This document shows, piece by piece, positions 36,655 through 48,830 of a stretch of 64,000 nucleotides of DNA (positions are counted from its first letter, which is position 1; each line of letters starts with the position of its first letter). The stretch covers positions 121,956,001-122,020,000 of the forward strand of contig NW_024704742.1 of NCBI RefSeq assembly GCF_018977255.1, read 5' to 3'. Position numbers and translations under genes: made by a program. The notes under the pieces were generated by a model, which worked only from the letters and a program-made list of their open reading frames with translations, had not been told where the DNA came from and did not search any database. Origin of the DNA: Callorhinchus milii (Eukaryota).

Positions 36655-38469
36655 GTAAGTTGGAATCATTTCCATTGCGCTGCAATTTCAAATTGATCTC
36701 TCCCTCATTTATAATAACATGCTTTTTATCTCCACACCTTCAATGTGTGTAGAACAGATTACCTTATTTTGCACCAGTGGTGCACTGTATGCATTCATTG
36801 ATCTTAACTGTCAATATCTGATAACTACCTTTTATGACAACACCTTGTGCTGCTTAACTTGTTTGTGATTCCAGATAACAGCTAAACTGCTGAATGAGTC
36901 AGGTGACTTAGTTCCTTGTTCTGACTACATTGAACAACCAATTAATAAGCCACAGCCCCATTGTGGAAAAGCAAACAGGACACGTAATTGGACATCACAC
37001 AGAATACAAATTGGCTTCTAATGTTAACTAAAATATTCTACCATCCGGAATTACAATTGGCTGCCACGTTTCACCCACAAAATACACAGTCAATTTACTT
37101 TACAGTATATTCCGTGAAGCGCTTTGAGACATTTTGAAGACGTGATAAAATGCTTTCAAATGCACAAAATTATTATTTTTATTATTATAATATAACTGGA
37201 GTATCACATTATGCCAAACCTTCTCCCTACATTCTTACTCTCCCTGTGACTCATTCATTTTCTCACATTCTTTCTTTCTCTCTCTATTTCTCACTGAATC
37301 TCTCTGATTTTCTATGGGTGACTCTGTATAGCTTTCTCTATCTTTATCTCTATTTATTTCTCTGAATCCCATGCTACACGGTACAAACGTATGGGAGCTT
37401 ACCTTGGTGTCATTGGCAAAACATCCAGTTGTGCACATCCGTGAAGGGAACTGAGGACACGGTTTACTCATGCAGGTTGACTAAATTGGGTCCCTGGTAA
37501 TCTCACTCATATAAGTGCATATTGCAATCTGGAATACATTTGCTGGCAACTTCGGATCCCAATGCAGATAAGGGGTACATGCAGATGTTGCAGTTGAAGT
37601 GTGATTAACTGGAATTCTACTTTATACAAATTGAGATCAAACAAGCAGTATTTTGCAATGCGATTTGCTAACTGGAAATGTGTCTGGTATCCAACAGTTT
37701 ATGGATCCCCTCGCTGAGGATTCTCATGAGTCGGCTGTGATGCACTGCCGGTTCCAAAAGAATTCTTCATAAGGAGTCTGGATCATTATTATTGAATCCC
37801 ATTATCAACACATGTTTTTTAGAGCCTAATGTCTATCCACTTTATTGGATGAAAACCGACTAGACAGTCAGAGCTCCTTGGCATTAGATATTGTGACTAG
37901 TTCAAATATCATTTTTTNAGGGAGACATTATTATATTGGGAGAAGAGAAATCTATTGAAGGCAATTGATACAAAATGTGGAGAATGAGGTTAGGACCACA
38001 GTAACAGGCTGTATATTTTGCCATTAAAGACCCTTTGCCCCATACCCCTTCTGTTTGTGAAACTCCTTCTGGCATTAATAGTTATTGCAAATCAAGTGAA
38101 GTGCTTTGAGATGTTTTGACAGCATATGAGGCGCTTTACCAAATGCAAGGATTATTATTTTTATGCATTGAACACTGAATACATTTTTCTCTTCTCTTCA
38201 GTGGTAATAATGATACTGCCCCTTTGAATGGTCAGCTGCTGAGCCTCGGGTGATCTGTGGCTGACACCCACCGACAGAGCCTGACTGCATCAACGTTGCT
38301 GTCAATGGAATTTAATACATGTCTCTATTCTCAAGTCGGCCCCATATCAATAACAGTGAACATTTGCTTGGCATGTTTTGCTGCACTGCGTGCCAATGTT
38401 AATAATGAGATGCAAACTCACAAATAAAAGGATCAACAAGCCCATGTCACCATTTTCCGAAGCTGACAG

Positions 38470-38780
38470 GCATACTGAAAAACACAGATTCAAAATAGTA
38501 TCTAAAAGTAGCAGAGGGGAGGTGAAAAGAAATTTTTTCAAGCAGTGAGTTGTTCGAATCTGGAACGCATTGCTTGAAAGGGTGGTCGAGGCCGATTCGA
38601 TAACTACTTTTAAAAACGCGGTAGATGGGTATTTAAGGAGCATGGGTTTGCAGGGTTATGGGGAAAAGGCTGGGGAGTGGGATTGACATTAATTGCTCTA
38701 TTCAAAGAGCCGGCACAAACTCGATGGGCCGAATGGCCTCTTTTTGTGCTGTACAATTCTATGATTCTATGATTCTATGA
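38470..38780 (+). mobile_element. CR1-clade LINE 3' end
   Basis: RNFFKQ.VVRIWNALLERVVEA motif; GATGGGCCGAATGGCC; (ATTCTATG)n tail. Confidence 0.92.
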
Positions 38781-39955
38781 ACACAGAAAATTGGTCCAGG
38801 GTCCAAGGAAATAATTTCACTGTTTTGACTCTCGCCTATTCGTGTACGACAGAGCAGTGTGTTTCGGATGCTTATCTTGCACAATAGGATATTGCAATCT
38901 TGCTTTGGGCAATTATTAATAATAATAGCAATAGTAATAATCTTGTATTTGGTATAGCACCTTATTACATTGTAAGGACATCTCAAAGTGTTTTACAAGA
39001 TTTTCTGTGAAATGGATTGACTATGTATTTTGTGGACAAATTTGGCAGCCAATTTTGCACTCAGAAATGTCCCACAGACAGATGTTACTGCACCAGCATT
39101 TTCTTTCCTCTTTTGTTTCCCTTTCATCAAGCCAAACTCCAGTGCATATTGCTCTCCCAATAAGCTGAGTGGTAGAGACACACCCACAGACGTCTCCAGG
39201 AGCTGCGTCAGTGTACGATCCAAGGGTTTAATGCAGAACAAACAGCTCTGTTTGCTCAATGACGCACAAAACTCAGTGCTGATAACATTGATGTAATATT
39301 TCCCAGGTTTTTTTCATTTTACTTTAAAATTGATGCCCTGTAGTACATTTACTGCATTCTTTTTATCACTCATTTAGAGGTGAGGGCAACAACAACAACA
39401 ACTTGCATTTATACAGTGCCTTTCAGCCGAGCCAAAGGAAAAATGTCCATAAGCACTGTCGAAGAGGAAGATCTTCAGGCATGAACTAAAAATGAGGACG
39501 AGATTGAGACGGAGGGATTGATGGAGAGAGTTCCAAAGTTTTGGGACATAGTGGCACAGGACTCTGCCTGACCAAAGAAGATGCTAGGCAATAAACCCTC
39601 ACATAAAATTGATCATTCACCTCCTGGCTGTTTGTGGGACATTCTGTAGCCAAGCCTATCAGATAATTGAGCCTACAAAATATACAGTCACTTCACTTTA
39701 CAGTGAATTCTGTGAAGCTCTATGAGATAGCTCAACGATGTGAATAAGGCACCATATTGTATGCCAGGATTATTATGGTAATAATTGGCCCTGGAATTCT
39801 GCTATCTGAAGATTTAAATCCCAAATGCTCGGAGAGAAGTATGAATTCATAAACCCATCTTTCTTAAATTGATCCCCAGTCTTTAAAAAAAAGTATTCAG
39901 AATTTCAGAGAAATCTTTTCTTTTGAAAGGTCTAAATTTTCGATCTATAAAACTG

Positions 39956-39990
39956 TGAGAGAGAGTGAGAGAGAGAGAGAGAGAGAGAGA
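39956..39990. repeat. (GA)n microsatellite
   Basis: Read directly. Confidence 0.95.
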
Positions 39991-42900
39991 AAAAGTGCTT
40001 TGGACAAAGGCATGGCACTGCAATTGAATTCTTTTCAATCTTTCTAACAACAACAATTAATAACAAATTAGATTTATATAGAGCCTTTCACGTTGGGAGG
40101 ATGACCCAAGGTGCTTAATGTGAAGGTTCTTAGTGTTGAGAAATTTAGGCCAATGCTACAAAATCATTGCTTTACAATTGGATTATTACACAACATTTTC
40201 CTAACAGCTATTTCCAAACCCTAATTTGATACCCTAATTTGTGCTTAAAGTATACTGCTTCCTTTACCCTGGTGAATTTGAGACTGAATTTCTTTTAAAA
40301 ATAAAGCTTCATTGTTTTTAAACTTAGTGTTGCAAATTTGCAGATTAATCCAGATGCCTTGCAGGGTGATAGTTGATCGTACTACATGATAATGCTCAAA
40401 TTTCTCTTCTCCTACCTCCCCCTCGCTAGGCATTTAGATTTTCTAAAAGGACTGTGATGCATCTCGAACATTCATAGCTTTATCATGTAATGTGATCATT
40501 GGAGGTAGCAAGGAAAGCAATAGAGAGTGTGGCGACATTTAGAAGGCAGGCAGTGTCTCAGGAAGTTCTCAGGTCCTTTGACACAATTTGCGTACAGGAT
40601 CTATGTACACTAGAGTGGTTGTTGATAACCCAAAGCGCATATTTCCTGCTTTGTGGTTTGATAGAATGCAGTGAGGTTATGCTTTTTAAGAGTTTAATCA
40701 AATCTGCATCTGTTTTTCCACACTGGGCATTTGTTATAGCTTTCACATTTGGGCTGCTTTAGTTCTATTTCAGAGACTTCAAAGCTACGTGGTTTAGCGC
40801 AGCGTAACGGTTGTTGAACGGTACCAACTTTAGAATCATAGCTTCTTAAATGTTATCAATCTTAATGCTTGGCTTTTGGCCTAAGATTATAAAGTCTGGC
40901 AGATTTCCAGTTTCTGAATGGAAACTATGCAGGATGCTAGCATACCGTGCCTTTAGGAAGTAGATATGAGTGTTGCAGTACTGAAGAGAATGCTTTCAGA
41001 TGTGGAAGAGCATTCTGGCATCAGGGTAAAGGAAACTGTATGTATTAAGCACAGATTGGATCGGTATCAAGTTAGTGTCTGTAAATAGCTGTTAGGAAAA
41101 TGTGGTGTAATAATCCAATAGTGAAGCAATGTTTTTGCAGCATTGGCCTAAATTTCTCAACACTAAGGTTGTCTGAAAATTTAAAGTTCGACCATCTTAA
41201 AAAATATGTGGTTTGGAAGTTTGTGTATCGGTGGTGTAAACTAAAAATAATATTCCTATCTCTATTTGTGCATATTAGAACGTCAATGTTCGCTAGCTTT
41301 CTCTCCTCTTCTCAGGGTGTTTTGATTCCATTTCCCTTCCAATGGGCCATCATGGTGCTGTGAGTGTCTCTGTGCCTCACCCAAGTGATCATTATTCACT
41401 TGTGGTCTTTGACACTAAGGTTGAAAAGGCTTTTATCAGAAAGATGGTCCTGGAAATGATCCCTCAACATTGGAGGAAGTACCTCAAGATATAAAGAATG
41501 AGCCATTAGGGAACCCTATATCTACATGATGCTTATGTAAGGAACTCAACTCTTGGTATAGCCAGATTTCTGTAGGTCAACATGACATACACACAGTTTT
41601 CTTGCAGGAGCCACACTTTACAGAGCTGATGTTAAAACAGTCACTACACTTAACCGTAATTCTTTGTGAAGCTATTTGAGATATTTTGATGTGAAAAAGG
41701 CACTATAAAGATAGAGAAATTATCTTGCCAGCTGCAACATGTCAGCAGTGAGGGATGTGATCAACACACAGTTGACTGACTGTCAAGCAGATGGGATGTT
41801 GACATATAATTTCAATTCAGAAATTCATACAATATCGATTAGGAATTACCACAATGTGGACATATATTTGTACATTCCTGAGATACCATTCTCAATGCTA
41901 TTGTCCCTGAACAGGAATTGATCATTTGACTTGTAGGTCAAAGTAATTTTATGTTCTGTGAAATTCCTTTAGCCCCACTTAATGGTATACTATGTTGTCT
42001 AAGTTCTGCCATATTTTTGGGATATTCTCCATCACTGCTGTCTAAATATTTAGTACAAAACTACCATACACAATTCTTTTGAACTCTGCTGAAGTTCAGA
42101 TACATTATTTTCCAGCCTATTTTGCTTATGTCTTTTCCTGAATGTAATACTTCTCTTGAAACAAGCCAACAAAGGCTCCACTTGCAAAGGCAGAACTGTA
42201 TTCAAAAATCAAGGGCATTTGTATTCAGTATTTGCTGTTAGGTGTGTACAACGCTATTTCAATTGTTTAGGTAATAGTGTTGATCTGTTACAGATGATTT
42301 CCTCACTTGTGAATACACCACATTTTGACGTAGAGATTTCAATTATTTTGGAAAATAAATCTCTGATGTGTTCTTAAGTACCTGTGCGCCATAGCTCATT
42401 CATTTGAATGGGTTATTAAGAATACAAATAATAATAATCCTTACATTTGGTATAGTGCCTTTTACATCAGGAGGATGCCCCAAAAGCAGTTCACAGGATT
42501 TACTGTAAAGTGTAGTGAACGTCTATTATGGGAGAACAGTTGCATCTGTTTTGCAATTTATATGAGAAAGATTTAATCAGTCATATCTACCCTGTGACTG
42601 TCAATCTTGTGAGGCTAGGGCTGTCATTAGCTGTACCATTGCCCTTAAAAGTGGATTTCAGCCATTGAAAATAAACATAAAAGATTCTCCCGCCTCCAGG
42701 AAGTTCTAGGTGATTCACACCTGTCTTGTACTGCAAGGGTGTAAACTTCCCTTATGCTGAAACTATATCAACCTGGTCTCAACCACCCTTTCTGGTAACC
42801 TGTTCCCTCTCAGTAAATAAATACTTTTGTGATTTCATTTTGCAACTCCAGACCTGTGTCCCCTTTTCTCTTGTCTTGATGCATTCCAATGTATTGTTCT

Positions 42901-44122
42901 GGGTGTACTTTTTCAATACTCTTTAAAATGTTATAAACGATTTATCTTAACATTGAGTCAGTTCAGAATTACAGTGGCAGACCATCAGCTGGGTTTAAAT
43001 TGGTATTAAAATAATTCAGTGTGTGTTGCGGTCCCAAAGGCCAGTTTAACTAAGTGCAATGCAAGTATATCTTAATTTCATGATTGCAGTATATATTTGT
43101 GCAATATTGACACTTGTAATCTCTGCAATACCTTAGTGATCAGCGTTAGTTGAATGGGCTATGGAAGTTGAGTATGAACAATTACAGTCTCTTTGATCAG
43201 GCAGTATATTAACATTAGCTAACAATTTGCACATTCTCATCATTATGACATACAGATGTATGTTATGGTTTCACATAACACAGGCTTAAACATTGAATGG
43301 AATTAATGGATTGTCAAATCAAAGTTGAAGTGAAGTATTACAATAAGAATAATGATTTCTTGCATTTCATATTGTGCCTTTCACATTAGGTGGACAACTT
43401 AAAGATTGTGTATTTTGTAAGCTAACTGAGATCTGAAGGTACTTACTCCATGAAAAGGTTTCTCACCAGAAAAATTCTTTTAGAAAAGCTGTCCGAAGTA
43501 AAGAACTGCAAATCAAGACTAAACAATGAAAAATATCAGTGGAGTAAAAAAGTGTTGTAGATTCAGAAGTCAGAAACAACTGAAGAGTGAAAGACTAAGA
43601 TCTCAGATTACATACAGCTCATTAGGTTATATGAAATATGGTGATATTTTTATAGTAATTGAAACAGTAACTTTTAATGACCATTAAACCATGATCAATT
43701 TCAAAGGGTATTTTTGGATCCAAGACAAATTCAGCAATAGACTATATAATAAAAATATAGCAACTGCATCCTGTAAGGTTACTCAAACATTCCCATACGG
43801 TATGAATTTTTTAATGGTTTGCTTAGTTTACACCTACTTTTATTGCTATAAACGTGGTTACAATCGGGAAATTCAAGTTTCCTAAAGCTTTCTTTTTTGC
43901 AAGCAATTACAATCGCTAAACTGGATTACTCATGACAACTTGTAAGGTTTCTTCCTTTCCCACAATTGTGGTCGCTGTAAATCTCTTGCAGAATTACTCT
44001 GAGATGTCAACCTTTGTTGCCAAGCTCAAAGTGTGTGTAGTGGGGGGCGTATGCATCAATTGACGTGAACTTGTTTATATTTACTTCAGTGTTGATCTCT
44101 TAGGCCACATTGTCAAGATCAC

Positions 44123-44350
44123 AATAATAATAATAATAATAATAATAATCCTTGCATTTGATATAGCGCTTTTCACGTCGGGAGGACGTCTCAAAGCAAA
44201 TAGTCTCATTTGAAAGACGGTCCCTCGAACAACGTAATACATCCCATCATTGAAATGGAGTATCAACCCAGACTATATGAGCTTAGTGTTCTGATGTGGG
44301 GTATGAATCCATAAACCTCTGACTAGAGAGTGCTAGCGACTGAGCCAAGC
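44123..44350 (-). mobile_element. Young CTCCC-loop SINE tail abutting an old DeuSINE 5' part
   Basis: Pristine tail at 44123-44197, then degenerate GTCTCATTTGAAAGACGG...GAGTGCTAGCGACTGAGCC. Confidence 0.8.
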
Positions 44351-45778
44351 TTATAGAATGACATAATTTCAACTTCACCGGTACCTTCATGTTCAACTGT
44401 GAAGCCCATCATATTGCTTGAGTGCTGTTTGAAGCAGATTTCTACTGCTCAATGTAACTCAAGCAGATATGCCAAATGACAAGATACTCCCTGAAAATGA
44501 CCAGCTAGTAAGCAAAAGCAAAGGCGACCTATTGTTCTTTGTGAAGATGAATCCATATACAATTGTCCCTTTGAGGCTCTGTCACATCTGAACACTGCAG
44601 CCATTCTGAAGTACCAAGATACCACTTACACTCATCGAAGCTCTCTTTTTGCTGGAATATTGAAGTCAAACAAGAATATCAAATTGATGATTATTATTCT
44701 TATCAAATTGTTGAGATGCCCTGCTTTGACTGTCTCCAGATTCATGATGCAAATCTTATAAGAAGCTTGGGCATCAAATCAAACTCCTGGACACTGTACT
44801 ATATAAATTCATAGGAACTATGATGAAGTTACCACAAGATGTGGAGAAAATTACCCCAAAGTCTCCTACCTGTTGCTTAATCTGCAGGAGGTGTGCTAGC
44901 TCTCGGCAATGAGGGGAAGCTAATAATTTCTTCCACAACTTATACTTATACCGTGCCCTTCACACAAGGTAGTGTCTCAGAACAGTTCCACCAAAATTTT
45001 GGCATAAAATTTTAACATGTTGCTTCTTCCTTCAAATTGGCAGCAAGGAATGATTGCGAGCTGCGCACCATTGCTGATGATTGTGAGAACAAGCTACAAA
45101 CACTTGCACACAACACAGATGTAACATATCACTTTCATTTCCATCTCTCCTTGCCAAACAGCAAAGTTTATGTTCCACTGTAATCTAACCAGCAGGAAAA
45201 ATCATGTCTTGGGTGACAGAGGGAGCTTCGAATGATGTGACCAACCTCACAGAGAACCATTATTAAACAAGCAATATGGAATGCTTTCATTCTACCACAG
45301 AAACTTGCAATGTGACATCCGCATTTGGCTATTTTTGTTCATGATTATTATGATGGTGAAAAGAGGCAAAATTGCCATAGAATTCCCACCATTTGGGGAT
45401 GACCATGTGGGATTGTATGTAATGTAGAATGTGGACCTCACTGTCAGAAGTTGTGGTTGAAGCAAATAACACCAATGTAGTTAAGAGAAAACTTACAAGA
45501 GGGAGCAGGGAATAGAGGAGAGAGGATTAGAAGGGGTGGAAGCTTGTGTGGAGTGTAACACTGGCACAGACCTGTTTCCGTACTGTTAAGTTCTATGTAA
45601 CTGTTTGTGGGAGTGTTTACTGTTTGCAGGAGCAGGACATTAAAAGCCGTGGTGGTTGAGTTTACGGCTCACTAGTACCGGTTGTCCGTGATCTATTACA
45701 ACACAAACTATGACTTGTAGCCCATTTATAGAAACAAACAGGAGCTAAATGAATGCATGGTTTGGTTTCTGATTACCA

Positions 45779-45788
45779 CTATAAATAG
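45779..45788 (+). promoter_or_regulatory. Overlapping MEF2 site / TATA box (CTATAAATAG)
   Basis: Exact match to CTA(A/T)4TAG containing TATAAA; ends 33 nt before the ATG at 45822. Confidence 0.35.
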
Positions 45789-45821
45789 TGCAAACTCCAA
45801 CATTACTTCCCTTCTTCTGTA

Positions 45822-45876
45822 ATGAGCTTGATGGTGCCTGTATTAGGCCTGTACCTCTGGTTATTCCACACAAAAG
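45822..45876 (+). CDS. Candidate signal-peptide exon (MSLMVPVLGLYLWLFHTK/G), 55 nt, phase 1
   Basis: ATG to consensus donor AAG|GTAAGT; hydrophobic core; unique sequence. No homology evidence. Confidence 0.33.
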
Positions 45877-46909
45877 GTAAGTTTCTAGCCCAATAAATGG
45901 TAAAATGTAATATTGCTACATCTTTCTCTGATATTAATCAGAATTTTAATTTGTAGCAATGAATATCCTTTAAATGTGCAATAATTATGCAGTGAAAAGT
46001 AGTCCCCTTCTAAGTGTTGAGTAATCTCAGCGGATGTAAAATAGCTTTTATTGGTCAACTATAAAGTTGTGTTGATTTTGAAGAGATGAGAACATTGCAA
46101 ACAAATAGATTTCTAAATTGGTACTTTACAGCAATAATTTAGCATTTGATAAAGCACCTTTCACATCAGGATGACGGTTTAAAGAGATTCATTGGGTTTG
46201 CTGTAAAGTGTAGTGACTATTTTGTAGGTAAACGATTTATGAATGATACTTTAGAATATCCTGAGTATAGAATATACTTTAGATGACTAATGGTTGACTG
46301 TCTACCCAGACAGTAATCAATGTGCCATGGCTTGTTTTATCTTGAAACCTACAAAATATAATGGTGTAGATTTTACAATTATTGTTCGTGGGTAGATTGG
46401 ATTTAGCACTTCACTGGCAATGGATTTCCCAGTTATTTTTCTTTATTAGCAAAATGACCACAGATGTCATAGTAATGTAAAATTGATTTGGTGGAAGTTA
46501 TTTCTTGTACTAATAGAATACAAATTTGATGCTCATCCTATTTAGCCTGGAGACAAATGTAAAGGAGGTAAATGGTAGACAGGCATTTGACTTATTAAGT
46601 ACCTGAGAAGTCCAAACATCTAGGAATATGGGGAAAAAGCTGGAATGTAGGATTAATAAAGAGGTTTGTATGATAATACATCCTTGCATTTGATATAGAA
46701 CCAGTGCGAAGGCGCTAAATACATACAACTTGTTGTTGTGGAACCTATCACACAATTGACGTGTCTCAAAGGACTTCACAAGAATTACTGTAAAGATTAG
46801 TGACTGTATTTTGTTGGTGAACATCTATTTTGTAGATGATTGTCCTGCTTTGATCTCAGTTCCTGACCTGCAGTGACCTCACATCCTGGCCCCTGAACTT
46901 CTTTGATCT

Positions 46910-47215
46910 CGAGAAGACAGCTTAGAGGGGACCTGAAAGAGGTGTAGAAAATGTTAAATCAGATTGAAAATGTAAACCCCAATCAATACTTTAGGATGTA
47001 TCAAGACAAGATATAGGTTTAGATTTTAAAAGGGCAATTCCAGGATAGACACCAAGAAGATTTTATTTACCCAGACGGTAATCAATGACTGGAAAAAGTT
47101 ACCAGGCCCCTAGACCAATTTAAAATACAGCTTGATGGAGTGATGAGGGAACTGTAGGGTGGGTTTTCTGGAGTAATGAGATCGGATGAGCTGAAGGGCC
47201 TTTTTCATCTTGAGC
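46910..47215 (+). mobile_element. Old CR1-like 3' fragment
   Basis: GAAGACAGCTTAGAGGGGACCTGA (RR.LRGDL); TTTACCCAGACGGTAATC; GATGAGCTGAAGGGCC. Confidence 0.78.
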
Positions 47216-47594
47216 AGCAACAACAACAACTTGGATTTATATAGCGCCCTCCAACCCAGACGGCGTCTCAGAGCGCTTAAACCTTATTTTATTGTGAACA
47301 ATTGTCCTAAAGTTATGGGATAATCACACCTGAGACCCCTTGATAATTAAATAACAGATTTTACCAGTATAATTGAATCAAACTAGAATTCCGTGCAGCG
47401 GGATTGAAAGGCTTGATCACAGATGTCAAAAGATAACTGTGAGCCAAACTATTGTGCTGAAATTGGGGTGGGGAAAGGAGATATGTTTTCTCCTAAACCT
47501 TCTAACAATTAAAGGTAGGTTTAGAGGATACTTTTTAGCCATGTGCACAACGCGAACCATCTGAAAGAAATCATTGATGTTCAGTCCACACATA

Positions 47595-47842
47595 GAACAA
47601 TAACTTGCATTTATACAGCGCCCTTCATGTAGGATAACATCTTAGAGCATTTATCAATGACAGGGTTGAACATGGGAGATGGGAAGGGGTGAAGGGGAGG
47701 TGACCAGAGGTGCGGTTGAAGAGGTAAGTTTTAAGGTGGAATTTAAAGACACATAGAGAGGGGGCAAGATGAAATTGGAGAAGTTCGTGGAGGGAGTTCC
47801 AGATATTAGCAACACAGTAATTGAAGGATCAGTCACCAATGG
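47595..47842 (-). mobile_element. Old L2 3' fragment
   Basis: Tail plus GAAGAGGTAAGTTTTAAGG...GAGGGAGTTCCAGA, the reverse of LWNSLP...LKT.LF. Confidence 0.72.
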
Positions 47843-48024
47843 CAGTAATCTAATTGACTATGAATCGATTCAGGCAGAATTTATTTTCAAGTCTGGTTCA
47901 CTGTTAAAACCTTTATTTCTTTAAATAAATCTGTTGAACTTTTATACTGCTGCACGTTTTACGACCTGTTACTTTTAGCGCTTAACTCATCTGATTGCTT
48001 TGCATGTGCGTGTTGTGATAACAA

Positions 48025-48090
48025 TTTATTCTCCCTTTCTCTAGGTAAGTAACACAACTAAAATGAAAGAAGTGAAAGATCTTGGTAAGA
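48025..48090 (+). other. Candidate recursive splice site (AG|GTAAGT) with 40-nt RS-exon/microexon 48045-48084
   Basis: TTTATTCTCCCTTTCTCTAG|GTAAGT...GATCTTG|GTAAGA; no AG from 47979 to 48042; branch-like CTTAAC (47981) and CTGAT (47991); TGCATG at 48001. Confidence 0.6.
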
Positions 48091-48486
48091 TTAACTGTTT
48101 CATTTTTAATAATATTTAAAATTGTTCCCAGAGGAATTCTTGCAAACTGTGAAGGCACTTAAATGAGCAAAATTACTTGCCTTTGGGTAACCATGTGTGA
48201 TTGATACTTTGAGCTGTCTTTTACCTTGTATCTAATTGACAGATTGTTACTGAAGAGAGACAGAAATACCGTGACTGTTTTTTAAATGAATGTTAGGGAT
48301 AGCTAGCTGGTGCAAATCCAGAATTGTAATTTAAGAATAAATCTGTGGTCATAGGCTGTATTGTGCTACCATCAGGTGGGTCAGTCCGTTAGGAGTTACC
48401 ATTTGGCCTGGGTAGCAATTCTTGGTTCAAAGCTGATTATGCTTAGAGAATGATTTAGCATCTCCCTGGCATAAATTGTGATTGAT

Positions 48487-48519
<33 letters not shown>

Positions 48520-48609
48520 GACACATGCGAATTGTGGACTGCATATTGTTTGAAGGATTTGGCCTGTCATCTCAGTCTTCAGAATAACTTGCTGGGCCTT
48601 CAAAACCCA

Positions 48610-48830
48610 TAGAATTAAACAAATGTACAGCGCAGAAGGAGGCCATTCGGTCCTTTGAATCTGCACCGGCTCTCGGAGCAAACTGCACTTTCAATACCAG
48701 CACTCTTCCCTATCTCCATACCACTTAAACCCTAACTTTCATATTCCTATCTACTTCCCTTGAAATCCACAATAGACTCTGCCTCTGCCACCTTACTTGG
48801 CAGTTCCACATCCCAACAACTCCCCAAAAT
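48610..48830 (-). mobile_element. Old CR1-like 3' end
   Basis: CAGAAGGAGGCCATTCGG...GGCAGTTCCACATCCCAAC, the reverse of the CR1 3' UTR. Confidence 0.75.

Noticed and set aside
37397..37455. Minus-strand exon candidate FPSRMCTTGCFANDTK with AAG|GTAAGC donor
   Set aside because: Short pyrimidine tract, no supporting minus-strand exons, and the peptide could be a decayed CR1 FADDTK remnant.
48063..48089. MKEVKDLGK similarity to synaptotagmin-1 (MKDVKDLGK)
   Set aside because: In-frame stop 7 codons upstream, no transmembrane or lysine-rich context, and divergence right after the match.
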